From the NCBI GenBank assembly GCA_012295275.1, contig CM022672.1:27590001-27654000 (forward strand): a stretch of DNA of 64,000 bases, in the 5' to 3' direction. This DNA comes from Chrysomallon squamiferum (Eukaryota > Animalia > Mollusca). Under the pieces are notes generated by a model, which worked only from the letters and a program-made list of their open reading frames with translations, searched no databases and was not told the DNA's origin. Shown in pieces: positions 40,058 to 55,394 of this stretch. Every line of letters starts with the position of its first letter. The stretch's first letter is position 1. The position numbers and the translations under genes were made by a program.

Positions 40058-41313
40058 TTTGTTGTTCTTTTGTATTTTATTATTTTACTAATATTTCTTG
40101 TTATTGTACATTAATTATTTCTATTTTTCAGTATACTTGCTGATCGTGGTTTGATTATGGATGGTGTAGGCAATTATTCTCTGGATACAAAATGTAGCTG
40201 GTTGATTAAAACAGGACATCCCAACAAGACTTTGCGTCTAAAATTTAACCAGTTTGCCACAGAGTGTGGCTGGGATCATTTGTACATCCATGATGGAGAC
40301 TCAGCTTTTGCACCCTTGCTAGCTGCCTACAGGTACAGTTTGGGATTTTAAAAAGGTTTTTGCTTGTGTAATGCCTAATTTGGTTTTTACAGTAGAGTTT
40401 GAATTTACCTGTTTAAAAAGTGTTTGCTTGTGTAGTCTGCAAATTGATTTTTTAATATATAATGTATGACTGGTTCTTTTAGTAAGTGTAGTTTGCATTG
40501 TCAGTCAAAAAAATTTGCTTGTGTATGCCCAGGTCTGTTTTATAATGTATATCTATGCATGATCAACTGTCTAATGTTGTGTGCTTTTTATTTTTTTGTT
40601 TGAAGGTATTGTTTAAGTTTGTTTATACAGATTTAAAAAAATTTGTTTTATAAATTATACATATTTCATTTAATTTATATAGTGTCTCTTTGTGTGAATT
40701 TATATCTTAAAAAACTTTTTTTTAAATTTGTATTTATTTGATTCAAGTCATTAAAATAATTATATTTATTTTTACTTTATCATGTACATTGACTAGCTCA
40801 ATATGCATAATATTTATATTTATGTGTAATTACAAATTTGCATATTTCCTTAATAAAATTTGTTTATATTTTTATTTTTCAGTGGACTACTGATATCTGA
40901 AGACAAGCAGGGTTCTGATATTAATTTCTTTGCAGTCACTCACCAGCCCTATGTGTACATTCATTTCTACAGTGATGCAGCCTATACCATGTCTGGTTTT
41001 AATATTTCATTTAGGTGAGTGTAATTAAACTGAACAAAGTGAAAATATTTGTGAGATATGTTTTGATTCATTTAGATGTGCTTCATACTTTGACAATTTT
41101 TCTTTCAGATGTAACAGGTGTCATAAACAATCACTATATTTTTGTGATTTTTCTATAGTTTTGCTTTTTCAGTATATCTTTAATGATAGCATTTATCTTC
41201 TTTATTTCATAAAAACTTTCCTTTATTATCTAATTCTATATTGGTTCTTAAGGAGAAATACATTTTGAAATTTTGAAACAAAAAAATAACAAAAAAATAT
41301 ATATATAACACAT

Positions 41314-41351
<38 letters not shown>

Positions 41352-44300
41352 CTATTTGCATAAAGATATGTTTTGTTACATTTGTGTCATGTTCAAATAC
41401 TCCTTATCCTGGTTTTTAAAATTTATTCTTTTATTAATATTTTTATTTTTATTTTTATATTATTGTTTAATTTAACTTGATTATGATATATTGATAATGT
41501 AAAAAAACTGGCTAAAACATTAATGACATTAATTCATATCGAACTAGTATTATATAAGTTGTTAATAAGTCATAAATTCTGTTTTCATTTTGAATATAAT
41601 TTTAATTTACTGCATACAATATACTCTCAGGTGAATTCTACGCCTTATGCAGAGATGACCTATATACATATTTTTCAAGTAATGTTTAATAACACTCAAG
41701 AAACAAACGTGGGCAGGAGAAATTTATTACTGTTTCCTTTTACATCGTTGAACAAGTTTATGACTGTACACTGGATTTAATAAATTCCTCTACTCCAGTT
41801 TTCAGAAACTCTTGTTATATTTTATGGTGACATTTCTGTTTATTCATTTAGATAATAGCAGTTACAAACTGACACTGGTAATATAGAGTATTTAGAAATA
41901 CATTTTCCTGTTCTAAAACACTGGATATTTTTAATGAAAGATTTATAAATATAAAAAAAAAATGTAGTTAATTAATTCATAACTGTTATGAAAAGCTAGG
42001 CTAAAAAAACCCAACAAAAAAAAACATAAAAAAAAAAGAATAAAAAATACAAATAAAAATACAAATAAAAATAAAAAATGACATAAAAAATAAAATAAAA
42101 ATCATAATGATAATAATAAAATAAAAAATAAATAAAAAGGATAATTATTTAATACAAAAATGAATTACTGTATATTGTCTATTATATGTCAAAAATATTT
42201 ATTAGTATATAATGTAAATGCTTGTGAATGTTTGTAATACACCTCCAAAAGATTCAAATAACTGATATTGAAATTTTAATAATAATGTACTTCACTGTAC
42301 TACCTTGAAAGATCAAATCTATTTTTTGAGGGTGGAAGATTTGGTAAAAAGACATGAAAAGGTTTTCTTTGCCCAACAGCATGGCACTATCACAGCATGA
42401 TGATAATGTGTTGTTATAACATTTTATTTCCAGTGTTGGTGACTGCCCGCTGGGTTGCTCGGATCATGGTACGTGTGATTCAGGTAGCTGTACGTGTCAT
42501 GTCAACTGGACTGGATCAGGTTGTGAGACAGAAATCTGCCCTAGTCAGTGTAATGGAGAACAGTGCAACAACGTCACTGGAAAGTGCCTTTGTCCAGAGG
42601 GCAAAAGAGGTGAAACATAATCTTATTTAAAACTCTTATTGATACAAGTTGAGGTTGATATATTTTCACACAGCAGTAAAATAGTGGCACTGAAATAAAA
42701 GAAAGTATAGAAAACAGAAGTAATTATTAAATGGAGTTTTGTAAACAGTTTAATTTAATTCCTTTGAGTGTAATAAAACAGTTACTTAAAATTATGTTTT
42801 GTGGGTTTTTTATACTTTAATACCTGAAAACTCAAACATTTTTTATGTGCTCCAAATACAGGTAAATGAATTTTGTGATAACTATAATATATTGATTTAA
42901 GATAAGTATTTAAAAAAAAAGTTTCATAACATTTTAATGTAATTTCAGGTCCTGACTGTGGTTTGTCAGGAGGAGAAGGGGTATGGGAGGATGTCACTTC
43001 TCAGAATGCTCCAATAGCTGGTAGAGCATCACATGCTACTGTTGTCAATGGCAACGAGATGTGGGTATCTGGAGGCTACAGTCTGACATTTAATGAGTTC
43101 TCTGACCTATGCAGGTACATCTTTTGGACACTGTTATTATTAAGAGATAAAAATAAATGATACTCTACTGTTAAAAGTTTAGATATATTTAATCTTTGTA
43201 ATTAATATTAATGTTAATATTATCATTCTTAACCTTTCTTCAATGAATGGAAATTTTTTCTTTGGTGAATCTATTAGTAATTGAAGTACCAAAGATTCTG
43301 TAAGCTGGACATTAATATATTATTATTTATAAAATTATTTATAAGAAAATATCATTTGTGTACTTATTTTTCTTTTTATTTCTTAAAAAATAACAATGAT
43401 ATGCCTTTTATTTATTTATCTTATATTTATAATATATATTTTTTTTTTAGCATCTAATTGCTGTGAACCATTTATTGCTCTGTGTTATTAAAAATAGACA
43501 AATAATCATGAAAACTGATACTAAACTGTTTCTTATTTAATAATGCAGAATGTAATGTAATGAATGGAATTAATTTCATTTTAGGTTTAACATGGTGACA
43601 GAAACTTGGTCTTGTGAAGAACCAGCTGGTGAAAGACCTGTTAACAGATACGCACATTCCATTGTTTTTCATGAGGTACATATTTTTGAGTTCCAACTAA
43701 CACTGAATTGTTTATTTGTTCATTTTTTAAAAATTGTTAATTTTTTCTTTTTTAATTTAAAATATTCCTTTTGTGATGCCTATATTTGTTATAAATTTTA
43801 AAAAAAACCCCAAAACCCATTATTATTATTTTAAATTTGATGTTATTATTTTATTTATTTCTGATCACAAATAACAAAGTATGCCAATAAAATAATAATA
43901 TTAATATTTGAGAATCTACCTTTTCCTTTTCAGTGGATAGCTATGCAAGTTTGTTTTAATGTCAGTAAAAATACATTACATTTCAAAATTAATTGTATAT
44001 AGTCTTTTCTTTTTTCTTTTTTTGAAATTATATGGAAATAGCAATTATTAGTAAAATGGAATAATATTCAAGTTTTATCTAAGTTGTTACTGGGTGATGT
44101 TAATGCATCCTGAAAGAGAATTTTTGTTATATAAATTATAAAACAAAATAACTGTAATATGATCTAAAATATAATGCACTGGATGTTAGCCACTTATTAA
44201 TTTTACGAGATGTGCATGGAAAATTGATTATTCTGAAATTGCAAAAAATTATAAAGCATTTGAATAAATATATATATTACAAATTAAAATAAATACATTA

Positions 44301-47300
44301 GATTAAAATTATGCAGTTATATAGAGAAAAAAACAGCTTTTTTTTCAGTTTTGTATTTTTAAGTCATTGTCTTATTACTTTCACTAATGATGATGTGTAT
44401 GTGTGTATGTGTGTGTTATGTCTTCCTCTATATGTCAACATACATTTGATCATAATATTACCATTATCAAGATAGAAAATGAAATACTTTTGCCTTCTTT
44501 AGTCAAAAGAGTTAACAATATGATTTGAGGTTTATAATGTTGTTTCATGTTGAAAATCATTTTATTGGTTTTATATTGTTGAACTATTCTGCTAATTTGT
44601 TATTTGTTTTAATCTTATTTGTTGTAAAAGTAATGCATTTGAACACATTGGCATTTTCATCAAGACGTAGGTGAAATGATTAACATACATATGTTTTTCT
44701 CCACAGAACAAGTTGTACTTGCATGGTGGGGTTGTGGATAGCAGACCCACCAATGAGACATGGGTGTATGATATAAGTTTGAAAACTTGGAAAAAACTGG
44801 CATCATCCACCATCCAATCTAGTGGACATGTAGCTCATTACTTTGAAGGAAATATCCATGTCATCTTTGGTTACAGTCCAATTTTTGGTTATCTCAACAT
44901 TGTTCAACTGTACAATATAGGTATGTTGTTGTTTTGTTTACTTCTGCTTTAAATTGTTTGGCAGAACAAATAATAGTGGCTGATGTTGTGATTTTTGAAG
45001 AGATATGGTTGATTTTGACAAAGTCCGCTGTATATGTAGATGTAGATTATAGCTATAGTGGAACATCAAAACCAGCCTTTGTCTAATCAAAATACTGTCT
45101 GACTATGTTAATCTATTATGAACAAAACTGACTAATCTGTATATTCTCTGTTTGGATTCCAAGAGCAAATTCCAGAATATGTTGGAGCACAGTTAAACAA
45201 GGAAGGCAAATGGACATAATTAGGCTAGAGGAGTTAAAATGAAAAAAAAAAAAAAGAAGCAGCCAGCAGTGACAGACAGTTTCTAAAGCAGAATCCAGTT
45301 GACATTTATTTGTAAAATTTCTAATTGTATTCCAGCTTCATGTCATTTTAAACATTTTATACAGCCACTGATTAAACAGACACATATAAATATAATTATT
45401 ATATATATATATATATTCCTTCCTCTGTGTGTCTGTTATTGAATACTAGTATCCTTTTTTTAATAAGTGTCACCAAGTCAAAAGGAAAATATAACATTTT
45501 TGTGTTTGATTTTGCTCTTTCAGCTAATGATTCATGGACAGTGACAGAAACAACAGGTGCCACAGTTCTCGGAGGTTATGGTCATACCAGTGTAGTTGAT
45601 GATCAGCGAAATCTCATTTACATCTATGGAGGTTACCATTCCAGTAGTCAGTCAAGTTATAACCTTACTGATGTCCTGTACTGTTATGAACCCAAACTGA
45701 GAAAATGGTTTGTATCTGTTTGTTAATAACTGTCAAAATTACAACACATTCACACTTCATGAAACAAGAAGTAATTATTGAACTACAACTCCTTAGACAA
45801 ATGATCTATAAAAGTTATATTACTGATTTCTGTTAACTTTGGAGAGAAAACTGAAATTAAACACATTTACTCATGCATAGATTGAAGTTTCATGGGTATC
45901 CTTTCTTTGTGTTCATGCTTACATGAATGAAAAAAAATTAAAGTTATTTTATGTAATCAATCAGAACTTAGGAAAATAAATCAAAACATTTTGCATTTAA
46001 CAATTTACTTCAATTTCCTTATGAATGAAGAGCTTGAGTTGTTTTTTTGTTTTTGTTTTGTATCCTAATTATTTTTGAAAAAACAAAAGAAAAAACAGAG
46101 TACATTTTTAGTTTACTTTAATTTCAGGACAATTCTGCGAAACAGTCGATCACCCCGCTATTTACACGCTGCTGCCTTAGTAAACGACATGATGCTGGTG
46201 TTTGGTGGTAACACACACAACGACACGTCTGTCAGTTATGGAGCCAAGTGTTACTCAACAGACTTCATGGCTTATGATATCAGTAAATATTCTTTTTTCT
46301 GTTAGTCTTCCATAATTATTAAAATTTTATTTTTGAAATGTTTCCTTTATTTGAAACTGTGTAAAAGTAATGCAAAATCTATTGAAAATTAATAGTTATC
46401 TCTGCATGTTGATTTCTCTTACTAAGTTTGAGGGAATTTATACAGGAATTTGCCTGGAAAAAAAAAAGAGAAGAAATTTGTTTCCTAAGCATACTATCTC
46501 TTATCTGTGTTTAATGTTAAAAATGTTTAAGCAATTTTCACTCTTCTTTAATAAAAAAAACTTTTATAAAGTATGGTTTATAACAGTAGTATGTGTATTG
46601 TTATCAGTGAGTTTATTTTTCTGTTTGTTTTTCAGAATGTAACTCCTGGCATTTTCTTCAGACCCCCAGTATGGATAAAGACCTGGCAAGATATGGTCAC
46701 AGTATGGTGTCATTCAATAAGTATGTTTTTTTCTAAGTTTATAACCAATCTATAAGCATTCAAGTCCACTACTTGTATTCAGTAAAACAAAAACACTGGT
46801 AAATAAGTGTAATATATGAAATAGAAATCTATTGTTACAGAGTTCCCACTGAATGACTGTGAACAAATTCAGTTATAAATAATATTGCATTTTTATTTTT
46901 TATTTACTTTTTTCAGTGAAATTTTGATGTTTGGTGGCTTCAAAGGTGTTATGTTGAATGACATAATAAAATTTATACCAGGTAGGAAATTTATTTATTA
47001 TTTTTTAACATTTTGATTTATAAAGCAAGTATATGTTTAAAAAACAAAAAAAACAAAAATAACTGTCTCTATACAAACAGTTAGCACTTTGAAGACTTAA
47101 ATCTCTTTAAACCTTTTAATTATATCAGGTTTAATCCCTTTTTTTTTTTTTTTTTAGATTTCCTTTATAATTTGACTGTCCATAGATATCAGTAGGTGTT
47201 CAACCTTTAAAAAATAGAAAACAAAGTCTGTAAAATAATGTAGCTGAAGCAAAAGCCTTATACTGTCAGTGGCTGCATTTTAATTATTGAGTCTGAATCT

Positions 47301-48238
47301 GAAGTTGCTTAATGGCAACCTGTTGGCCATGTATGATATCTTTTCATTAGTGGCCAAGTTTGAATGCACTCTTTCAGTGTTATTCACTGGTGTTTGCACA
47401 TTACACAGAATTTTTACCACGCACAATAAGGGATGGTTGCACTTAATATTAACGTATTACTCAAGTACTGCACGATACCTGTAATTGTAATGTTTTATTT
47501 TCTGCTCTTAGGAAACTGTAGTTACTACTTAGACAAGGACTTGTGCGAGCAGAGTCTCCCAGGAGTGAAGTGTGTTTGGTCTGGTGGAAAATGTAAACAG
47601 AGAGATTCTTCTTACATTGATACGTGTGATCCCAGTCAAGGTGAAGTTTTCAGTCTGTTAAAATTTTTGGAAAAAAATATAAAAAGCCATAGAAAACCAG
47701 TGTTTTCCTGAAAGTGTTTAAAGAGTAAAATTATGTGCCCTTCAGAGTACTATTATGTACCTTCAAAACTGAAAATCTGTCCTGTAACATAATTGTATTC
47801 CAAGTGTGTTAAAATGCAAAATCAGATTTGTAATTGTTTATATTTTGTTGATGTATTTGTGATAACTATAAAAATATAAAAGTGCTGAATCCTGCATTAT
47901 GTTTTATCATTGGATTATATTGAAAGTTGGTAAACAAAAAAGAAAAATAGCAAAGAAAAATTAAATAAAAATATTTCTAAAATTTAATATGACAAAGAAA
48001 AACAATCCAAAAATTAAAACCAAAAAGAACTAATGAAAAATCATTTACCATTGTTTTTATTTTATTTTAATTAAAACTGTGTTCTCTTGTTACCTGTAGG
48101 ATCTGATATTCACTGCTTCAGATTCTCGACATGTCCAACATGCAAATACAACCTCTACAATTGTCACTGGTGTCACAACAAGTGTACCAACATATCATGT
48201 GTGACAGAGGTATGCACCACTATGTTTGTTTAAATTAT

Positions 48239-48324
<86 letters not shown>

Positions 48325-49247
48325 TTTTCTCTACATAATATTGTATTTTTTTTCCAATCACATATTTCTTTATATTGCATCTTAATTACAAATACAGACT
48401 ATCATTAAATATATGATTGTTATATTGAAACTTTAATAGCATAATTTTGGAGATAATAGTTTCTATTTTCTACATTAATGTTAGCTTACTTTACAAAAGC
48501 TTTTATTAATCTACATATCTATCAGCTGTCTTGATACATTTTCTAATCATGATAAATGTATATTTATCTTTATAATTTTGAATGTTAATTCATCTTAAAT
48601 GTGTGCTTCATATATGCTTTAGACTCACTATCATCCAGTATTTTTTCACAGAATGTTTGTGTCTATAACATTTTTTGTCTTCTATCTTTACTAATAATGC
48701 ATCATCAGTTAGCCACTGAATATCTTTTAGATAAAAATGTAATATTATTTCTTGCTTAGTGTGTGTCTTGATTAGTTAATGTTTGTGGTATTGTTTTGCC
48801 AGAGTAGCACATAAAAATCACTGAATTGTAGGCACAGACAGACAGATACACAGTTGATAAAGATACCATGTTCTCCGGCATCTGACAAACAAATGAATTA
48901 AAGTTTTACTCTTTCAAGCCTTATAATTTATTATTAATTACTTACATTTTCAACATAAATATCTTCATAACAACAGTGCTTATATAGTAGTGCAAAAAGA
49001 ACTGAAATGAATTTTATTATATCATCATTCAGGTGTAGAACAGAATACTTTGCAGATAATGAAAAACTGTCATGTACATTCTTATCATTTAATCCTGACT
49101 TATCTTCAAATTTCTTTAATTGTTTTGGCCATATGTAGATTATGTAACAGCAGCATACTACTAAAAATAATTTGTTTTAGGTGTAAAGGTTTTTAGAAGT
49201 TCATATTATAATATACGACTGCATATTATTTTGTTTTGTTTTATTGG

Positions 49248-49280
<33 letters not shown>

Positions 49281-52197
49281 TTTTTTTCACTCATTTTGAT
49301 TATTGTTGCCATTACAGCTTAGCTTTCACTGTTTTCTTTCTTTCTTTTTTATTTTTATGTTAACTGCATGGCTGATTGTTTTGCTTTATAGAGAATCAAT
49401 GACACTAATTGTACGGATCTTGGATGTGAACTTCTGCATTCTTGTCAGGCTTGTGTTAGTGCTCAGTGTGTTTGGGACCGAACCAGCTGCAACTACCCTG
49501 TGAAAAATAAATCAGGTGCTTTCTTTGTGCATGGTGTTGATAGCAGTTGGGAGATCTTTTAATGAAGTATGGCCTTAAATATAAGTGTGTCACATTAATT
49601 TTAAGAGATACATTAAAAAAGAAATTTCATCAGTACATTTAATTAAAATAATAATATTAATAATTGTTAATTGGCTGATATAATATTAATAATTGTTAAT
49701 TGGCTGATACATAATATTGGTCATACTTTGGAGATCTGAGAGTGCTTTATGCTTTCAAATTTTTGAAATGCTTCATTGAAATACCTCCCAAACCAGCTTA
49801 TTGTGCACTTAACACTGTATCGATTGCTAGTCATTTATGATCTGTCAGCATTTATTGGTTAAAAAAATAAAAGTATATGTGTATATATATTTAAGAGAAT
49901 TTCGCAGTTGTCCTGTTTTTCATTAGCATACCACTGAGCCATTAGATGGATGTTTAAGTTTGGGCTGTGAAACCAAACATACCTGTCAGGCTTGCTACAG
50001 GGAAGGATTATGTGTTTGGAACTGTGAAAAAGGCAAAAACTGCTGTGTTTCTATATTTGGTGAGAGCTGTGTTATTTATAATCAGTGATTCTCAACGTGG
50101 TCTAAAGTGTCCCATCCTTGGAACATTTCAACACATTAATTACAGTAATATCCCATCCTTGCAATATTTCAACAACTTAGTTACAGTAATGTCCCATGCT
50201 TGGAACATTTCAACAACATTTCAATTACAGTAATATCCCATCCTTGCAACATTTCAACAACTTAGTTACAGTAATATCCCATCCTTGCAACATTTCAACA
50301 ATAGTTACAGTAATGTGCCATACTTGCAACATTTCAACAACTTAGTTACAGTAATATCCCATCCTTGCAACATTTCAACAACTTAGTTACAGTAATGTGC
50401 CATACTTGCAACATTTCAACAACTTAGTTTCAGTAATGTCCCATGCTTGGAACATTTCAACAACTTAGTTACAGTAATGTGCCATACTTGCAACATTTCA
50501 ACAACTTAGTTACAGTAATGTGCCATCAGTCTGTTTTATACATTATAACAGAAAATTAGATTCTTCAAAACTTTCATGGAGTTGTAACAGATATGGGATT
50601 GTCAATTGTAACAGAAGTCTGAATTAACTGTTATTGGTTTAAAATTAATAATTGTGAAATAGTATAAATTTAGAATCACTTTAATTATAATTCCATTTAT
50701 AAATATAAAGAAACTGATAATGGAAAAGGAGGATTTCTAATTTTACTAATCTGACAGGTGAATTTACTTAAGAATAATAAAAATCTGTTTTGTTTTTAGA
50801 AAATCTGTCTCGTGTAGCCAGTAATTCAGTAACCAGCACACAGCAGTGTGAACCTCCATGTTCTGTTCACACAACCTGTGAGAACTGCACGTGGAAGTCC
50901 TGCATGTGGTGCAGCAACTTGAAGCAGTGTGTAGAAACAAACTCCTATGTGGCTTCCTATCCATACGGTCAGTGCACAGAGTGGACGACCAAGGATTCAA
51001 AATGCCCCGGTCAGTATACAATTAAAGAAATTGAAATTACAGTTCACATTTGAACATCTTTTACTTTTTCTTATTCATAAAAGTGTGTTTACCTTTAAAC
51101 TGATTTCACATTAGTCATGAAAAAAGACACACACACACTCATTTTACATATATACATGATTTTATATATATACAGATATATATACACTTTAAGCAGTGTG
51201 TACACACACACACATTATAATAAACATAAGTATGAATTGAATATGTATACACACATACACAGATCAATCCTTAGATCCATCCATGCATATACATAATAAC
51301 CATGTATCTTTCCATCAGATGCAGGCTTTATTTATTAGTAAAGATGTATTTCTATTCAGCAACCCGGTGCTCTGGGTTCAAGTCATGTGAGGCGTGTCAG
51401 ACACACCCTTTGTGTGGCTGGTGTAATGATCCAACAAACACTGGACTTGGCATGTGCATGGAGGGATCATACAAAGGACCTATCTTACAAAATGGTACAA
51501 AGGCTGTTGTTGATTTTGGAATATGTCCTGCTGAAAGATGGTTCTTTCTGAAATGTCCATGTAAGTTATTCACTGGAATCTGAATCACAGTCTAGAAATT
51601 TCTGTTTTATTATTAGTTATATATATTTTTTTTTTTCAACATTTAGTGATTTACACGAGATTATAAATAATACTGCATATGTTATTTTTGGTTTGTACCA
51701 TAATTATGTCTATTTTTTCTTCTGAGAGTGTATCAAATTTAACTTTTTCTTTTTTCTCATCTTTCTTTTTTTTATTTATGTACATTTAATCACACACAAA
51801 AGATTCTAAATAGTTCTTTGTGTTAAGATGTTGTTCAGTCATATCTAAATTTATGGTATCATGGCTATTTCTTCTTAAATAATTTAGACCTCAGTGATTA
51901 TTTATTTAAAATGCTTATTATTTGTTGTTTAAAACTGACTTTTACAAACTCTGTCTACTTATATTTACATGATGACATTGTGATTACATGTATGCCTTTG
52001 TGGTTGTGTTTCTTATTAAGACTGGATTGGAAAAAACAAAACAAAAAGTTAAACATAACTTGGCATATAGTCAATTATTTTTATCATCAAACATACATTA
52101 TAGATTGTTATAAACATCTATTTCTGATGAGCACATTATTATGAAACCTTCAGTATAATTATGACTGAAGAAAGGTAACTGTTGTTTAAATATTTTA

Positions 52198-52240
<43 letters not shown>

Positions 52241-55200
52241 AATAAAACAAACATGTAAGATCTCCAATATAAAATAAAACAACTGACAAGATTAATTTGT
52301 TTTCAGTGTGTCAGTGCAATGGACACAGTACTTGCAAAAATGGGACAAACATTTGTGAAGAGTGCAGACATCTAACTGAAGGTAAAACATCACATAAAAA
52401 ATATCTGATTGCATGAATGTGAAGATACCAATACAAACTCATAGCGAAAATCCAGATTCTTCTTGAGACAAGTTAAAGGTTTTTGCATTTTAATTTCCAT
52501 AGCTGTGTGTATAATAGGTAATTATGAATCAATGACTATAAGGCTGGTCAATGCTACATATTGTTTTCATACAAGAACTAATAAGCTTATGTGTTAACAT
52601 CAATGTGTGTATTAAAATTATTTGTATTCAAAATGTTTGTCTTATATTTATTTTAAAATTATTTATTGTAATATTTTGAAAATCATCCTGTTTGAAATTT
52701 CTAATTTTATCTTTTTTTTTAAATTGTTAACATTAAATGGATGAAGTAGATGTCACTATATATTTTTAGGAAAATACTGTGAGTTCTGTAAGAAAGGCTA
52801 TTTTGGAAATCCTCGAAATGGTGGCAACTGTTCAGGTAGGTGGTTACTGTTTTTATTTATAAATTTAGCTTATGAAATTTTTTATTTTCATTGTGCACAT
52901 AGAGCATTAATGATTTCATCATTATTAATAATAAAGACTTATTATTATTACTGAATATTTATAAATGGTTGAAGAAGTCGTTGCTTATTTTTTATTTTGT
53001 GGACAGAAATGTTATGTCACTTAAAGTGATGATGATGTTGATAATGATGATGTGCAATCTATGTGACAAATATAACTTTGTTCTCAGTTAATAACAAAAG
53101 TGTTTACGACTTAAATTAAAAAACTTCTCAGTTTTTGTTTTCGATTTAATTTATTCCTTAAATTATTTGATTTCTACAAATTAAGCATTCATAGCTAAAT
53201 GGTTAGAAAACTTGCCTTTCTTTTTTTTACTGTGACATATATGACAATATTTTCCATTCTAACCAGAGCATCATTTTATAGTTATTAAAGACTGTTGTAT
53301 ATATGTTTTTTTCATATTTAAGGGAAAAAATTGTTTTAATTAGTGTGTTTGTTTATCCCATGGAATAGGTTTATATTCTCAGTTCATCCAGAAAATATAA
53401 ACTGACATTTAAAAAGTGTAAAATTAAAATGTATAGAATTGTTACCTTTATGTATTATGATATTTGTGTCTGTCCCAGCATGTGTGTGTAATGGCCAAGC
53501 TGACAGTTGTCACAGGGAGAAAGGATACTGTAACTGTCGAACCCGAGGGGTGACCGGGCAAAACTGTGAAACGTAAATACTGTTTACTTTTATATTTTAT
53601 CATTTGTTTTAGTTCATGATTCATGAAATGTAAATATTTTTAACTTGTATTTTATTTTTGTTCTTTTTATTTTGTTTTGTTTTTTGAAATGTAAATATTA
53701 ATTTTTGTTTATATATTTTTTAAATTTAGTTTTTTTTTTTTTTCATTTTAAGTTTTATTTCATGAAATATAATGTTATTTATTTTTGTCAGCATCTAAAT
53801 GTTTCTTAAAAGTTACTTAATCGGATACAATATTTATCATATATATATTTTAAAATGGTTAGAGGGAAAAAAATATTATATTGAATTTATTGTGTGTAAT
53901 TACACCAAACATAAGGAGATTACAAAAATTTCCTTTACTGAAGTTATGGGAAAAAATTAACACCTTTCAAAATAAAGTAACATAAAGATTTTAAATTCTA
54001 GATTGACATGAATTAAATTTACAGAATTAAATGTTACAAAATAAATTATATATATATAAATATTAATTTTCAGATGTGACAGAGAACATAACTATTTTGG
54101 TGACCCAAAAGGGGGAGGAACTTGTTACTGTAAGTATTTCAGTCTGATAGGTTTTATAGTTATTTCTGCTAGAATAATGTAAATATGAACAGTAAATAGT
54201 TTTAACTTCAGAGAAATTAATATGTTGACTTCCATTTAGTTAAAAGAAAGTTAAAAAAAGAAAAGAAATCTAAATGTTTTTATAAAAAGAATATATACTA
54301 AGCAAAACAGGTCAAGTTTCTGCATTACATTATGTGGAGATCATTAAGATAATTAATTAATGGAATACATTATTTATATTTTGTACATTACTGTTAAATT
54401 GTATTTTCTAAATAAACAGTGTGATTAAGTACATCTGTGTAATACAATTAATAAATATTTTTATGTTTATTTTTTGTCTTTTCTGCCTTAATAATGACAT
54501 GTTTAATATGTAAAAAATACAGTTATATTAATAATGACATGTTTAATATGTAAAAATGAATATATTAATAATCACATGTTTAATATGTAAAAAATTGAAA
54601 TTATATATTCACTTACAGACCAGCTTAAAACAGATTATCAGTTCACTTTCAACCTCTCCAAAGTTGAGGACCAATTTTACACTCAGATCAACTTTATGAA
54701 TGTTCCTAAGTCGGTTAGTATTCTTTTTACAGAAAGCAAAAACATAGTAAACCAAACCTGTGCTTTCTAAAGATATACAGTATGAAATGTGCTTTTCTTT
54801 ATTGTTAATTATTAAATGTTATTTAATAATAAACTTTAACGGTATGAAAAAAAAATGAAAACAATATTTAAGAATTGGAATTGGAATCTGTTACAATTTT
54901 TAACATAAAATCATTTTTTTCATGCTGATGTTTAAAAAGAAGTATAAACTCTAGATTTAACCAAAATTTTATTATTTTTAGAGTAAAAATTGAAAAAATA
55001 TTAATGTTTTAGCATTTAATGAAATTGTTAAATGTAAATCATATTTAAGATGTAATGAAATTGTTAAATCTAAATTGTATTTCAAATATTTAGGGGGACA
55101 GAGATGTTGATTTTACACTGAACTGTTCTGGTCCAGCTCTACTGAACATCACATTTAAATCTAGTAAGTATGACTGAGGAAATCAAATGATCTCAGTATC

Positions 55201-55357
55201 TAAAACAGTGGTAAATTTTCTAAATAACAATCAATACATTATTTTGACTCAGAAACAAATGATTCTGCAATATAAAAAAACAGTCATCAACAACAACAAC
55301 AGTAATAAATAGGAGAAATGCTAAACAGCTTCTGTTTTTTAGATTTCTTTCTTTCTT

Positions 55358-55394
<37 letters not shown>

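Noticed and set aside
50107-50527. CRISPR-like regular repeat
   Set aside because: Units are contiguous with no unique spacers, there are no cas genes, and it lies in a eukaryotic intron.
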